Assembly (NCBI GenBank): GCA_963822945.1
Contig: CAWGJO010000020.1
Span: 384,001-448,000 of the forward strand
DNA from: an uncultured Gemmatimonadaceae bacterium
GTDB lineage: Bacteria; Gemmatimonadota; Gemmatimonadetes; Gemmatimonadales; Gemmatimonadaceae
Length of the DNA stretch: 64,000 bases
Reading direction: 5' to 3'
The notes under the pieces are model-generated. The model was given only the letters and a program-made list of their open reading frames with translations. It did not search any database and was not told the DNA's origin. Below, in pieces: positions 1 to 9,805 of this stretch (its first letter is position 1; each line of letters opens with the position of its first letter). The position numbers and the translations under genes were made by a program.

Positions 1-1
1 C

Positions 2-1798
2 GTGAACTACCCCGGGCGCATCCTGCCGCACATCGGCCTTCCGGTGGACGGCCAGCCGCCCCGCGTGAAGATCAGCCTCACCGGCAGGGACAACGTCGTG
101 CCGCGGCTGGTGATGGCGTATCGCGAACGTGGACACGACCCCGTGCGCGACCAGTACGACCTGTCGCCGCTGCCCACCCCATCGCCGGAACTGCACGGCA
201 TTCGGGTGAAGACCGGTGCCGACGGAGTCGCGCAGCTCATGTTCGACGTCACGGCCAACGACTCGTCGTACGCCTGGAACGACTATAAGCTCCGCGGTTC
301 GGAGGAGCAGGTCGATCGTCAGATGCTGCCGGCCGATCTTCTGGCCGGCATGGTGCGCGCCATGGCCCGGCTCCACGCGCAGGGCGTGGCGGACAGCGCG
401 ATGAGCTTCGACCGGGTGGGCTCCCTGCTCTTTCACATCACCCTGCACGACTCGACGGCCAGGTACAGCCGGTTCGCGCAGATGGTGCGCAGCGCGCACC
501 CGATGTCCACCGTGCGCCCGGTGCTCTATGCGAAGGACTTCAGGTATCGCGGGCAGCAGATCGTGCAATGGGACACGCCGATCCCACCCCCCGAGGCGGA
601 TTCGGACATGGCGAAGTTCGCCACCTTCCCCGGAGTCCATCCGTACTGGGTGGGCCGTTCGTTCCTGGGCAAGAACATCTTCGCCGAGGACTTCCTGCCG
701 CCCACGGTTTCGAAGTTCGTGTCGCAGGCCAAACTCGACGCGCTCAAGCCCACGCTGCTGCTCTCGGGACGCCAGCATGCGAACGAGGTATCGAGCACCA
801 GCTACATCCTGCGGTTCGGCGAGCAGCTGGCCACCGACACCAATTACGCGAAGCTGCTGCGCAAGGTGAACATCGTGCTGCATCCGATCATGAACGCCGA
901 CGGCGCGCAGCTCGACTACGACTATCAGAAGATCACGCCGGACTACATGCTCCACGCCAGCTATCTGGGCGCGCTCGGTGTGGACGCGACCACCGGCGCC
1001 GGCACCGAGGACCCGGTGTATCCGGAGTCGAACGTGCGCCCCGAACTGCAGGCCATGTGGGTACCCGACATCTTCATGAACCTGCACGGCTACCCCAGCC
1101 ACGAATGGGTGCAACTCTTCGCCGGCTACTCGGCGTGGGTGCGCGGCCGCACCGGCGAATCGCGGCAGTGGTGGGCACCGCGCGGGTGGTTCGTGCCGGG
1201 CTTCAACTACGTGGACGACCCGGCGCACCCGCAGTGGAAGGAGGCGCAGTTCGCGATCCTCGACACGGTGGCGGCGGCAATCACCGGTGACTCGGCGGTG
1301 CAGGCCATGAACCACCGGTTGTACGGCCGCTATCGGAAGTACGGTCAGCAGGACGTCGAGAACTTTCGCGAGTACTTCCACAACGGCATCCTGGTCTATC
1401 AGTCGTTGCGCGGGCGTCCGCTCGACGGCGGTGGGCGGGGAGGACGCGGCGGGCGCCCCGGGGCGTCGTCGCCGCTCAACAGTCCGCGCATCAGCTACTT
1501 CTCCATGGTCACCGAGGCGCCCGACGAAACGGCACGGGGCGACTGGCTCAAGCTGGTGGCCGGCGCCGGGCTCACCGAGGTCCATGCGCTGGCCCGATAC
1601 CTCGCCGAAGGGGAGAACCGGGTCAAGCACGAGGTGGCGGAGTATGACGGGTTCGTGAACCGGAGCGAAGCACGGGTGAAGCCGGTGCTGCCCAGGGGGT
1701 CGGATGCGGGCCGAAAGCCGGGGCGCGGCGGTGCGGCGCGACCGGGCGCCCGACGCGGGCGTGGCGGCGGCGGGCCGGGGCAAGAGCAGCCGCGTTAA
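2..1798 (+). CDS. Zinc carboxypeptidase, M14 family (5'-truncated by window)
   Basis: GRQHANE (HxxE), NADG and NLHG zinc/catalytic motifs; Gly/Arg-rich C-terminal tail. Confidence 0.85.
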   Translation: MNYPGRILPHIGLPVDGQPPRVKISLTGRDNVVPRLVMAYRERGHDPVRDQYDLSPLPTPSPELHGIRVKTGADGVAQLMFDVTANDSSYAWNDYKLRGSEEQVDRQMLPADLLAGMVRAMARLHAQGVADSAMSFDRVGSLLFHITLHDSTARYSRFAQMVRSAHPMSTVRPVLYAKDFRYRGQQIVQWDTPIPPPEADSDMAKFATFPGVHPYWVGRSFLGKNIFAEDFLPPTVSKFVSQAKLDALKPTLLLSGRQHANEVSSTSYILRFGEQLATDTNYAKLLRKVNIVLHPIMNADGAQLDYDYQKITPDYMLHASYLGALGVDATTGAGTEDPVYPESNVRPELQAMWVPDIFMNLHGYPSHEWVQLFAGYSAWVRGRTGESRQWWAPRGWFVPGFNYVDDPAHPQWKEAQFAILDTVAAAITGDSAVQAMNHRLYGRYRKYGQQDVENFREYFHNGILVYQSLRGRPLDGGGRGGRGGRPGASSPLNSPRISYFSMVTEAPDETARGDWLKLVAGAGLTEVHALARYLAEGENRVKHEVAEYDGFVNRSEARVKPVLPRGSDAGRKPGRGGAARPGARRGRGGGGPGQEQPR

Positions 1799-1866
1799 GC
1801 AAATCCTAATCTTGAGTTAATCTCCTCCTTCTTCCGCAGCGCCGGGATCGGCGTAGCGTAGCCATC

Positions 1867-2559
1867 ATGACCCCGCCCCCGAGCGGCGCCCGGGCTCGAC
1901 CCCGCCGCAATACGTCCGGTGTTCCCCCGATCCTCGCCGCCGCGCTGATCGCGGCCGCCGCAGGATGCTTTCGCCCGGCCATGGCGCCGACGCCGATGCC
2001 GGCCACTCCGGAAGTGTCCATTTACCGGACCGTCGCCGAATCCGTGTACGTGCGGAACACCGGGCGCTCCGTGGGCATCGTGACCGCCCCGCTCGACACG
2101 AACTGCATGGAGACGAACTGCCGGCCGTTCATGACCCGGTGGGGGCTCGACCCCCTGTGGTGGGCCACGGGCGATTCGGCCGACGCCATTGCGGCGCGCA
2201 ACGATCTGTTGTCGCGCATCGCCAAGCCGCTGACGCTGGCGAGCGTGGCCACCGGTCAGCTCCTGCTGCAGTCCGTAGCACCCGACTCGGCGGCGCTCGT
2301 CGCCGCGCAGCCCGACACCGCGCACTGGAAGGCGTTCAAGGAGCGCCACGGCGGCGCGTCGGGATTCCTCTGGTTCTCCCCCATCGGGTTCGACCTGCCG
2401 CACCGCTCCGCCATCGTGTTCGTCGACTGGCAGTGCGGTCCCGCCTGCGGCCATACCGTCGCCGTCGCGCTCCGCGCCGACGAGGCGGGCACGTGGCGCA
2501 TCGACGACATGCTGCTCATTTCCTCACGGACCCCGCAGTCGAATCGCGGAGGCCGCTGA
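1867..2559 (+). CDS. Hypothetical lipoprotein
   Basis: Hydrophobic signal ending in lipobox-like AAAGC; CxxxC motifs (CMETNC, CGPAC); fills gap between neighbours. Confidence 0.6.
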   Translation: MTPPPSGARARPRRNTSGVPPILAAALIAAAAGCFRPAMAPTPMPATPEVSIYRTVAESVYVRNTGRSVGIVTAPLDTNCMETNCRPFMTRWGLDPLWWATGDSADAIAARNDLLSRIAKPLTLASVATGQLLLQSVAPDSAALVAAQPDTAHWKAFKERHGGASGFLWFSPIGFDLPHRSAIVFVDWQCGPACGHTVAVALRADEAGTWRIDDMLLISSRTPQSNRGGR

Positions 2560-2575
2560 CCTTCCCCCACCCCGC

Positions 2576-3367
2576 ATGCCCACCCCCGGCACCTCGCACA
2601 GCATACGACCGACGGCGCTCACGCGTGACGTGAGCGACGCCATCGTGCGTTGCGAGCTCACACATCGCGATCGGGTGCCGATCGACGTGGACCTGGCCCG
2701 CGCGCAGCACCTCGCATACGAGGAGGGCCTGCGCCACGTGGGTTGCACGGTGGAGCGCGTTTCGCCCGCGCCCGACCTGCCCGACGCCGTATTCATCGAG
2801 GATACGGCACTGGTCTTCGACGAGATCGCCGTGATGACGCTCCCCGGCGCCCAATCGCGTCGCGCCGAACTGCCGGCGGTGGAGCATGCGCTCGCGGCGC
2901 ACCGGCCCGTGGCGCGCATCGAGCCACCGGGCACGCTCGACGGCGGCGACGTGCTCGTCGTGGACCGTCACGTCTTCGTGGGATCGTCGTCCCGCACGAA
3001 CGAAGCCGGCATCGGGCAGCTCCGCACGATTCTCTGTCCGTTCGGCTACACGGTGGAGGCGGTGCCGGTGTTGGGGTGCCTGCACCTCAAGTCGGCGGTG
3101 ACGGCCCTGGGCGGGAAGACGCTGCTCATCAATCGCGCCTGGACGCGGGCCGACACCTTTCGCTCGTACGATCTCGTGGACGTGCATCCGTTCGAGCCGG
3201 CGGCGGCGAATGCGTTGCGGATCGGCGACCAGGTGATCTACCCCGCCGAATTTCCGCGCACCGCCGAACGACTGGAGCGCCGCGGCTTGAAGCTGCTCAC
3301 CGTACCGGCCAGCGAATTGGCCAAGGCGGAGGGCGGGGTCACGTGTTGCAGCTTGATCGTCTGGTAG
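2576..3367 (+). CDS. ddaH: Dimethylarginine dimethylaminohydrolase (amidinotransferase superfamily)
   Basis: PDAVFIEDTA, SRRAE, TLDGGDVL, LHLKS and C-terminal GGVTCCSL catalytic Cys motif. Confidence 0.88.
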   Translation: MPTPGTSHSIRPTALTRDVSDAIVRCELTHRDRVPIDVDLARAQHLAYEEGLRHVGCTVERVSPAPDLPDAVFIEDTALVFDEIAVMTLPGAQSRRAELPAVEHALAAHRPVARIEPPGTLDGGDVLVVDRHVFVGSSSRTNEAGIGQLRTILCPFGYTVEAVPVLGCLHLKSAVTALGGKTLLINRAWTRADTFRSYDLVDVHPFEPAAANALRIGDQVIYPAEFPRTAERLERRGLKLLTVPASELAKAEGGVTCCSLIVW

Positions 3368-3542
3368 GCGTCGGAGGGCGAAAGGCGGGAACGGGCGGGC
3401 TGCGCCGTGTAGGGCAACCGCCCTCGGGCGCGCACCGATTCCCTGATGCATGGGAGCACGCGGGGCCGATTATTTGCGACGTACGCGGGGCGACTCGCAG
3501 CTGCATCCCGCTTCACGGCTTCACCGAAAGACGGACCCGACC

Positions 3543-3716
3543 ATGCGGAATCTTCACCTCGGCGCAAACTTCGCCATCTTCCTGCTCTTCTTCGGCCTCT
3601 CGCTCCTCGAGGCCGTTCGCGCGCACTCGTGGACCATGGCCGCGCTCTGGGCATCCTTCGCGGTGCTGTTCCTCGTAGCCGACCGGCGCGAGCATCGCGC
3701 CGAAGCGCGCCGCTAG
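3543..3716 (+). CDS. Small two-TM membrane protein (57 aa)
   Basis: ATG at 3543 gives MRNLHLGANFAIFLLFFGLSLLEAVRAHSWTMAALWASFAVLFLVAD..., two hydrophobic helices. Confidence 0.65.
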   Translation: MRNLHLGANFAIFLLFFGLSLLEAVRAHSWTMAALWASFAVLFLVADRREHRAEARR

Positions 3717-3822
3717 ACGAATCCAGCCGCCGCGGCGACATTCGGACGTCGCACGCGCCCCGGGTGTGCCCCCGCACGCCCGCGCCGGCGCCGTGCCGCC
3801 GACTCGAACCGCGGGGCTTTTC

Positions 3823-4206
3823 GTGCAATCCATCTCCACACCCGACGCACCCCAACCCGCCGGGCACTACTCGCAGGCCGTCGTCCACGACGGCCTGGTC
3901 TATGTCGCCGGCCAGCTGCCCCTCGATCCCGCCACCGGCAACGTCGTCGCGCCCGGTGACGCCGGTGCCCAGACCGAACGGACCCTCCGCAACGTCGACG
4001 CCGTGCTCCACGCGGCCGGCAGCGGACTCGACCGCCTGCTGTCGGTAACGATCTTCGTTTCCGGCCGCGATCTCTGGGCGCCCGTGAACGCGGCGTACGC
4101 GCGGATGCTCGGCAGCCACCGTCCGGCGCGGGCCATCGTGCCGGTGGGAGAGCTCAAGCCCGGATGTCTGATCGAGATCCAGGCGATCGCGGCACAGAAA
4201 CGCTGA
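3823..4206 (+). CDS. ridA: RidA/YjgF/UK114 family imine deaminase
   Basis: APQPAGHYSQAV, GLVYVAGQLP, PARA, IEIQAIA; GTG start at 3823 preferred. Confidence 0.9.
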   Translation: MQSISTPDAPQPAGHYSQAVVHDGLVYVAGQLPLDPATGNVVAPGDAGAQTERTLRNVDAVLHAAGSGLDRLLSVTIFVSGRDLWAPVNAAYARMLGSHRPARAIVPVGELKPGCLIEIQAIAAQKR

Positions 4207-4293
4207 TCGAGGAGGCAGAGGACGGTCGCGATGCAGCCGCCATTGGCTGACGGCTGCAAGGCGACGGCTCACAACCTTCGGTTCATCAAACGC

Positions 4294-4322
4294 AAAACGG
4301 CAGGCCGTGAGCGGCCTGCCGT
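4294..4322 (-). terminator. Intrinsic terminator of gltA
   Basis: 11-bp stem ACGGCAGGCCG/CGGCCTGCCGT, followed by a T run on the minus strand. Confidence 0.75.
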
Positions 4323-4342
4323 CAGCGTTCAGCGCCAGCGAC

Positions 4343-5716
<1,374 letters not shown>

Positions 5717-5897
5717 GCTACGTTCTCCGAAGGTTGAATCAGGCTGGCCGAGTGCGTCCGGCCGCGTCCGTAACAATCTATGGAATGTACGCTCCGGGGG
5801 CATGCCCACGGCCGTCGGGTGATTAATGTGATTCCATCGCGACAAACCCTGACACCAGGTCCGCAGAAACACCGACACTGGCCCTCACCCCGCGCTT

Positions 5898-6749
5898 GTG
5901 ATCCCGCTCGCACCGCCGGCTGCCCCGTTCGCCCTCCCGCTCCCGCCCGCGTCCACGCTGGCCCTGGTCGTCATCGTCTCGGCATTCGGCGGCGGTGTGA
6001 ACTCGATTGCCGGCGGCGGCACCCTGCTCACCTTCCCGGCGCTGATCGCCCTCGGCGTGCCACCCATCGTGGCCAATGCCACCAGCACCGTGGCACTCTG
6101 GCCGGGCTCCGCGGCGAGCATCTGGGGCTATCGCGGAGAACTTTCGGGTGCCCGCCGCTGGGCGATCTGGTTCGCCCTGCCCAGCCTCCTCGGGGGCGCC
6201 GTGGGCGCCACGCTCCTCCTGCGCACCCCGGAAGCGCGATTCGCCGCCCTCGTGCCCTGGCTCGTGCTGGCGGCCACGGGAATGTTCATGCTGCAGGGGC
6301 CCCTGCTGCGCCGACTCCGCGCGCGAGCCAGCGCCCGGCGCGGCGCGGCGGCCGGCGACGTGGCGATCACCACGGGCCGGCCCGCCAACGGCGTCCTGCT
6401 GGCCCAGCTGGCCATCGGGGCGTACGGCGGGTACTTCGGCGCCGGGATCGGCATTCTGATGCTCGCGGCGCTCGGCTTCATGGGACTGGCCAACATCCAC
6501 CGCATGAACGGTCTGAAGGCCTGGGGCGGCCTCTGCATCAACGCCATGGCCGCCGGCATCTTCATCGTCGGCGGCCTGGTGAGCTGGCACATCGCGCTCG
6601 CCATGGCGGGGGGATCGATCGCGGGCGGGTACGGTGGAGCCCGTGTGGCGCAGCGCGTGCCGCAGGCGTGGGTGCGGTGGGCCGTGGTGGTCGTCGGACT
6701 GTCGAGCGGGGTCTGGCTCTACGTCGCCCACCGTCACGGCCTGCTCTGA
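5898..6749 (+). CDS. Sulfite exporter TauE/SafE family permease
   Basis: NSIAGGGTLLTFPAL, ANATSTVALWPG, YGGYFGAGIGILML. Confidence 0.9.
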   Translation: MIPLAPPAAPFALPLPPASTLALVVIVSAFGGGVNSIAGGGTLLTFPALIALGVPPIVANATSTVALWPGSAASIWGYRGELSGARRWAIWFALPSLLGGAVGATLLLRTPEARFAALVPWLVLAATGMFMLQGPLLRRLRARASARRGAAAGDVAITTGRPANGVLLAQLAIGAYGGYFGAGIGILMLAALGFMGLANIHRMNGLKAWGGLCINAMAAGIFIVGGLVSWHIALAMAGGSIAGGYGGARVAQRVPQAWVRWAVVVVGLSSGVWLYVAHRHGLL

Positions 6750-7232
6750 TCAGACCGGTTTCGGCGCCCCGAGCTTCCGCACGACCGCGAACTCGTCGGC
6801 CGTCACGGGCTGCACCGAAAGCCGGCTCCCCTTCTGCAGAAGCGCCATGCGCTCCAGAGACTTCACGCCCCGCAGTTCGGCCAGCGTCACCGGGTGCGTG
6901 AACCGCTCCACCGCCTGGAGGTCCACCATCAACCAGGTCGGGGCATCGGGTTTCGACTTGGGATCGTAGTGCGGATCCTTGCGGTCGAACGCGGTATGGT
7001 CGGGGTAGGCCTGGCGCACCACGCGGGCCACCCCCACCACCGCCATGGGGTCGGCGTTGCTGTGGTAGAACAACACGAGGTCGCCCTTCTTCATGCCGTC
7101 GCGCATGAAGTTGCGGGCCTGATAGTTCCGGACCCCGTCCCAGCAGGTGGTCTTCTTCGGGCTGGCCGTCAGGTCGTCGAACGAGAAGGCATTGGGCTCG
7201 CTCTTCACGAGCCAGAATCGGCGATCGGGCAT
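6750..7232 (-). CDS. EVE domain protein
   Basis: WLVKSEP, WDGVRNYQARNFMR, GDLVLFYHSN, RLSVQPV. Confidence 0.95.
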   Translation of the reverse strand: MPDRRFWLVKSEPNAFSFDDLTASPKKTTCWDGVRNYQARNFMRDGMKKGDLVLFYHSNADPMAVVGVARVVRQAYPDHTAFDRKDPHYDPKSKPDAPTWLMVDLQAVERFTHPVTLAELRGVKSLERMALLQKGSRLSVQPVTADEFAVVRKLGAPKPV

Positions 7233-7317
7233 TCGCCGAATTTAACGTCTTCCCCCCGACCTTTGGGGCGGCGAATCCCCACTTTCCTCCGGTGCATCCC
7301 GGGGCCACGTTTCACGT

Positions 7318-8895
7318 ATGGCGACACTTTCGGGCCCGGGTGCGGGCGCCCCTCCCGCTCCGCATCCGGTCGAATCCCGCGACCCGGCCACAGGCGAGGT
7401 CTGGCGTCGGTACGAACCGTCGACGCCTTCCGACGTGGCCGCGGCGCTGTCGGCCGCCCGCCGCGCGCAGGCGGCGTGGCGGGCGGTCCCACTGCACGAC
7501 CGCGGCCAATATCTGGAGCGCTTCCGGCGCGCGCTCTATGCGCGCCGCGCCGAGGTGGCGGACGCGATCAGCCGCGAGTGCGGCAAGCCGCCCGTCGAAG
7601 CGTTGAGCGAGGTGCTCGTCACGCTCGACTTCGCACGCTTCTATCGCCGGCGCGACGTGCTCCGTGTGTTGCGCCCGAAACGGTTCACCGGCGCCACTCC
7701 CCCCATGTGGCGCAAGCGGGTGCGCATCACCGAGGAGCCGTTCGGCGTCGTCGGGGTCATCTCGCCGTGGAACTACCCGTTCATGCTGGCCGCGGCGATC
7801 ACGATGCCGGCGCTCGTCGCCGGCAATGCCGTGCTGCTCAAGCCGTCGGAGTTCACGACGCTGACCGGGCTCCTGTTGGTGGACTTGCTCCACGCGTCCG
7901 GCGTGCCCAGGGATCTGATCCGCGCCCTGCCCGGCGATCGCGTGGCCGGCGCGGCGCTCGTCGAACAGGGGTGCGACAAGATCTTCTTCACGGGGAGCGA
8001 GGCGACGGGGCGCAAGGTGGCCGCGGAGTGCGGCGCACGCCTCATTCCCTGCGTGCTCGAACTGGGCGGCAGCGACCCGGCCATCGTGCTCGACGATGCC
8101 GACCTGGCGCGCACGGCCGATGGCATCGCGTGGGGCCGCTTCTCCAACAGCGGGCAGACCTGCGTGGCGCCCAAGCGCGTGCTGGTGCACGAGGCCGTAT
8201 ACGACCGGTTCGCCGCGCTGCTGGCCGAGCGCGTCCGCGCCATCCAGGCCGGTACCGCCCGCGAGTCCAGTGAGATGGGGCCGCTGGTGCGCCCCGAACA
8301 GACGGCGCGGATCCGCGCCCAGTACGACGACGCGCTGGCGCACGGCGCCACGGTGGCGGCCACCGGTCCCGCCGGCAGCGACACGCTCTTCCCGCCGGTG
8401 CTGCTGGCCGACGTGAGCCCCGACATGCGCGTGCTGCGGGAGGAGACGTTCGGGCCGATTCTTCCGATGATCCGCGTGCGCGACGACGACGAGGCGGTGG
8501 CATACGCCAACGACTCGCCGTTCGGGCTGAGCGCCAGTGTGTGGAGCGGCAGCCGGTCGCGCGCCATGGCGGTGGCGGCGCGCCTCGAGGCGGGCAGTGT
8601 GGTGATCAACGACTCCGTGGTGGTGGCGGGCATGAGCAATGTCCCGCACGGCGGTGTGAAGGCCAGCGGCTCGGGGCGCGCCCACGGCGTGGCCGGCCTG
8701 CTCGAATGCGTGCGCACCAAGACGGTGGTCGACGAGCGCCTGCCGGGGCTCCGCCAGGCGTGGTGGTTTCCGTACCGGCCCGGCGGGCGCGACGCCTTCG
8801 ACGGCGTGATGGCCGCCCTGCATGGACGCGGACCGCTGGCGCGATTGCGCGGCCTCTGGCGCGCCCGCGGGCTGCTGCGCGGCCTCCGCCCTTGA
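7318..8895 (+). CDS. NAD(P)-dependent aldehyde dehydrogenase
   Basis: ISPWNYP, LKPSE, FTGS, LELGGSDP, NSGQTCVAP (catalytic Cys), EETFGP. Confidence 0.93.
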   Translation: MATLSGPGAGAPPAPHPVESRDPATGEVWRRYEPSTPSDVAAALSAARRAQAAWRAVPLHDRGQYLERFRRALYARRAEVADAISRECGKPPVEALSEVLVTLDFARFYRRRDVLRVLRPKRFTGATPPMWRKRVRITEEPFGVVGVISPWNYPFMLAAAITMPALVAGNAVLLKPSEFTTLTGLLLVDLLHASGVPRDLIRALPGDRVAGAALVEQGCDKIFFTGSEATGRKVAAECGARLIPCVLELGGSDPAIVLDDADLARTADGIAWGRFSNSGQTCVAPKRVLVHEAVYDRFAALLAERVRAIQAGTARESSEMGPLVRPEQTARIRAQYDDALAHGATVAATGPAGSDTLFPPVLLADVSPDMRVLREETFGPILPMIRVRDDDEAVAYANDSPFGLSASVWSGSRSRAMAVAARLEAGSVVINDSVVVAGMSNVPHGGVKASGSGRAHGVAGLLECVRTKTVVDERLPGLRQAWWFPYRPGGRDAFDGVMAALHGRGPLARLRGLWRARGLLRGLRP

Positions 8896-8927
8896 AGCGG
8901 GGACGCCGACCTGTCGACCTTTCGCCC

Positions 8928-9512
8928 ATGAACGATTCCGGATTCTCGTTGGCGATCGTGATCCCCGCTCTCCGGGGCATCCTGCTCGGCGTCGGCGTCG
9001 TGGCCGCGTTGGCGGCGGCCCTCGCCTGGGCGGTACGCACGCGGCGCCTGGCGCCGTTCAGCTTCGGCGCGCGGATGGCCCGCCGGTGGATCGATCCCGT
9101 GCTGATGCCCGTGGAACGCGTGGTGATCCGCGCCGGCGGCAGCGCGGCGAGCGCCCCCTGGTGGGGGCTGGTGTTCGTGGCCGTGGCCGGCGCCCTCATC
9201 CTCACCGGCGTCCAGGCATTGGCGGGCCTCGTGTACCAGATGATGTGGGCCGCGCAGTCGCCGGCGCGCGTCCTGGTGCTCCTCCTGTCGTGGGCGTTCA
9301 CGATTCTGCGCCTCGCGCTCATCGTCCGCGTTCTGGCGTCGTGGCTGCCGATTCCGCCGTATTCGCGCTGGATTCGCTGGACGTATCCGCTCACCGAGTG
9401 GATGCTGCGTCCCCTGCGCTCGGTGATCCCGCCGCTGGGCATGATCGACGTCACGCCAGTGGTGGCCTACTTCGCGCTCTGGCTGGTGCAGAGCCTGCTG
9501 CGTATTCCCTGA
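8928..9512 (+). CDS. YggT family membrane protein
   Basis: C-terminal LTEWMLRPLRSVIPPLGMIDVTPVVA signature; ATG at 8928. Confidence 0.85.
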   Translation: MNDSGFSLAIVIPALRGILLGVGVVAALAAALAWAVRTRRLAPFSFGARMARRWIDPVLMPVERVVIRAGGSAASAPWWGLVFVAVAGALILTGVQALAGLVYQMMWAAQSPARVLVLLLSWAFTILRLALIVRVLASWLPIPPYSRWIRWTYPLTEWMLRPLRSVIPPLGMIDVTPVVAYFALWLVQSLLRIP

Positions 9513-9805
9513 TGCCGCTGGACGCGCGGCCGCGCGACGGAGGGGTTCGCGTGGCCGTGCACGTGCAGCCGCGCGCCGCGCGCACCGAGATCGCGGGGGT
9601 GCACGGCACGGCGCTCAAGGTGCGGCTCAACGCCCCGCCGGTGGACGGCGCCGCCAACGACGCCCTGGTCCGGTTCCTGGCCGAGCAGTTCGGGGTGCCG
9701 CGGCGCGCCGTGCGCGTGGTCGCCGGCCACGCGTCGCGCAGCAAGATCGTCGAACTGGACGGGGTGGACGCGAGCGCCGTCCAGCGCGCCGCGGGCGAGC
9801 GCTAG
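9512..9805 (+). CDS. DUF167/YggU family protein
   Basis: VHVQPRAAR, LKVRLNAPPVDGAAN, GHASRSK; TGATG overlap with the YggT gene. Confidence 0.9.
   Translation: MPLDARPRDGGVRVAVHVQPRAARTEIAGVHGTALKVRLNAPPVDGAANDALVRFLAEQFGVPRRAVRVVAGHASRSKIVELDGVDASAVQRAAGER

Noticed and set aside
6750..7232. EVE protein as part of a modification-dependent restriction system
   Set aside because: Stand-alone EVE domain with housekeeping neighbours and no nuclease or toxin partner
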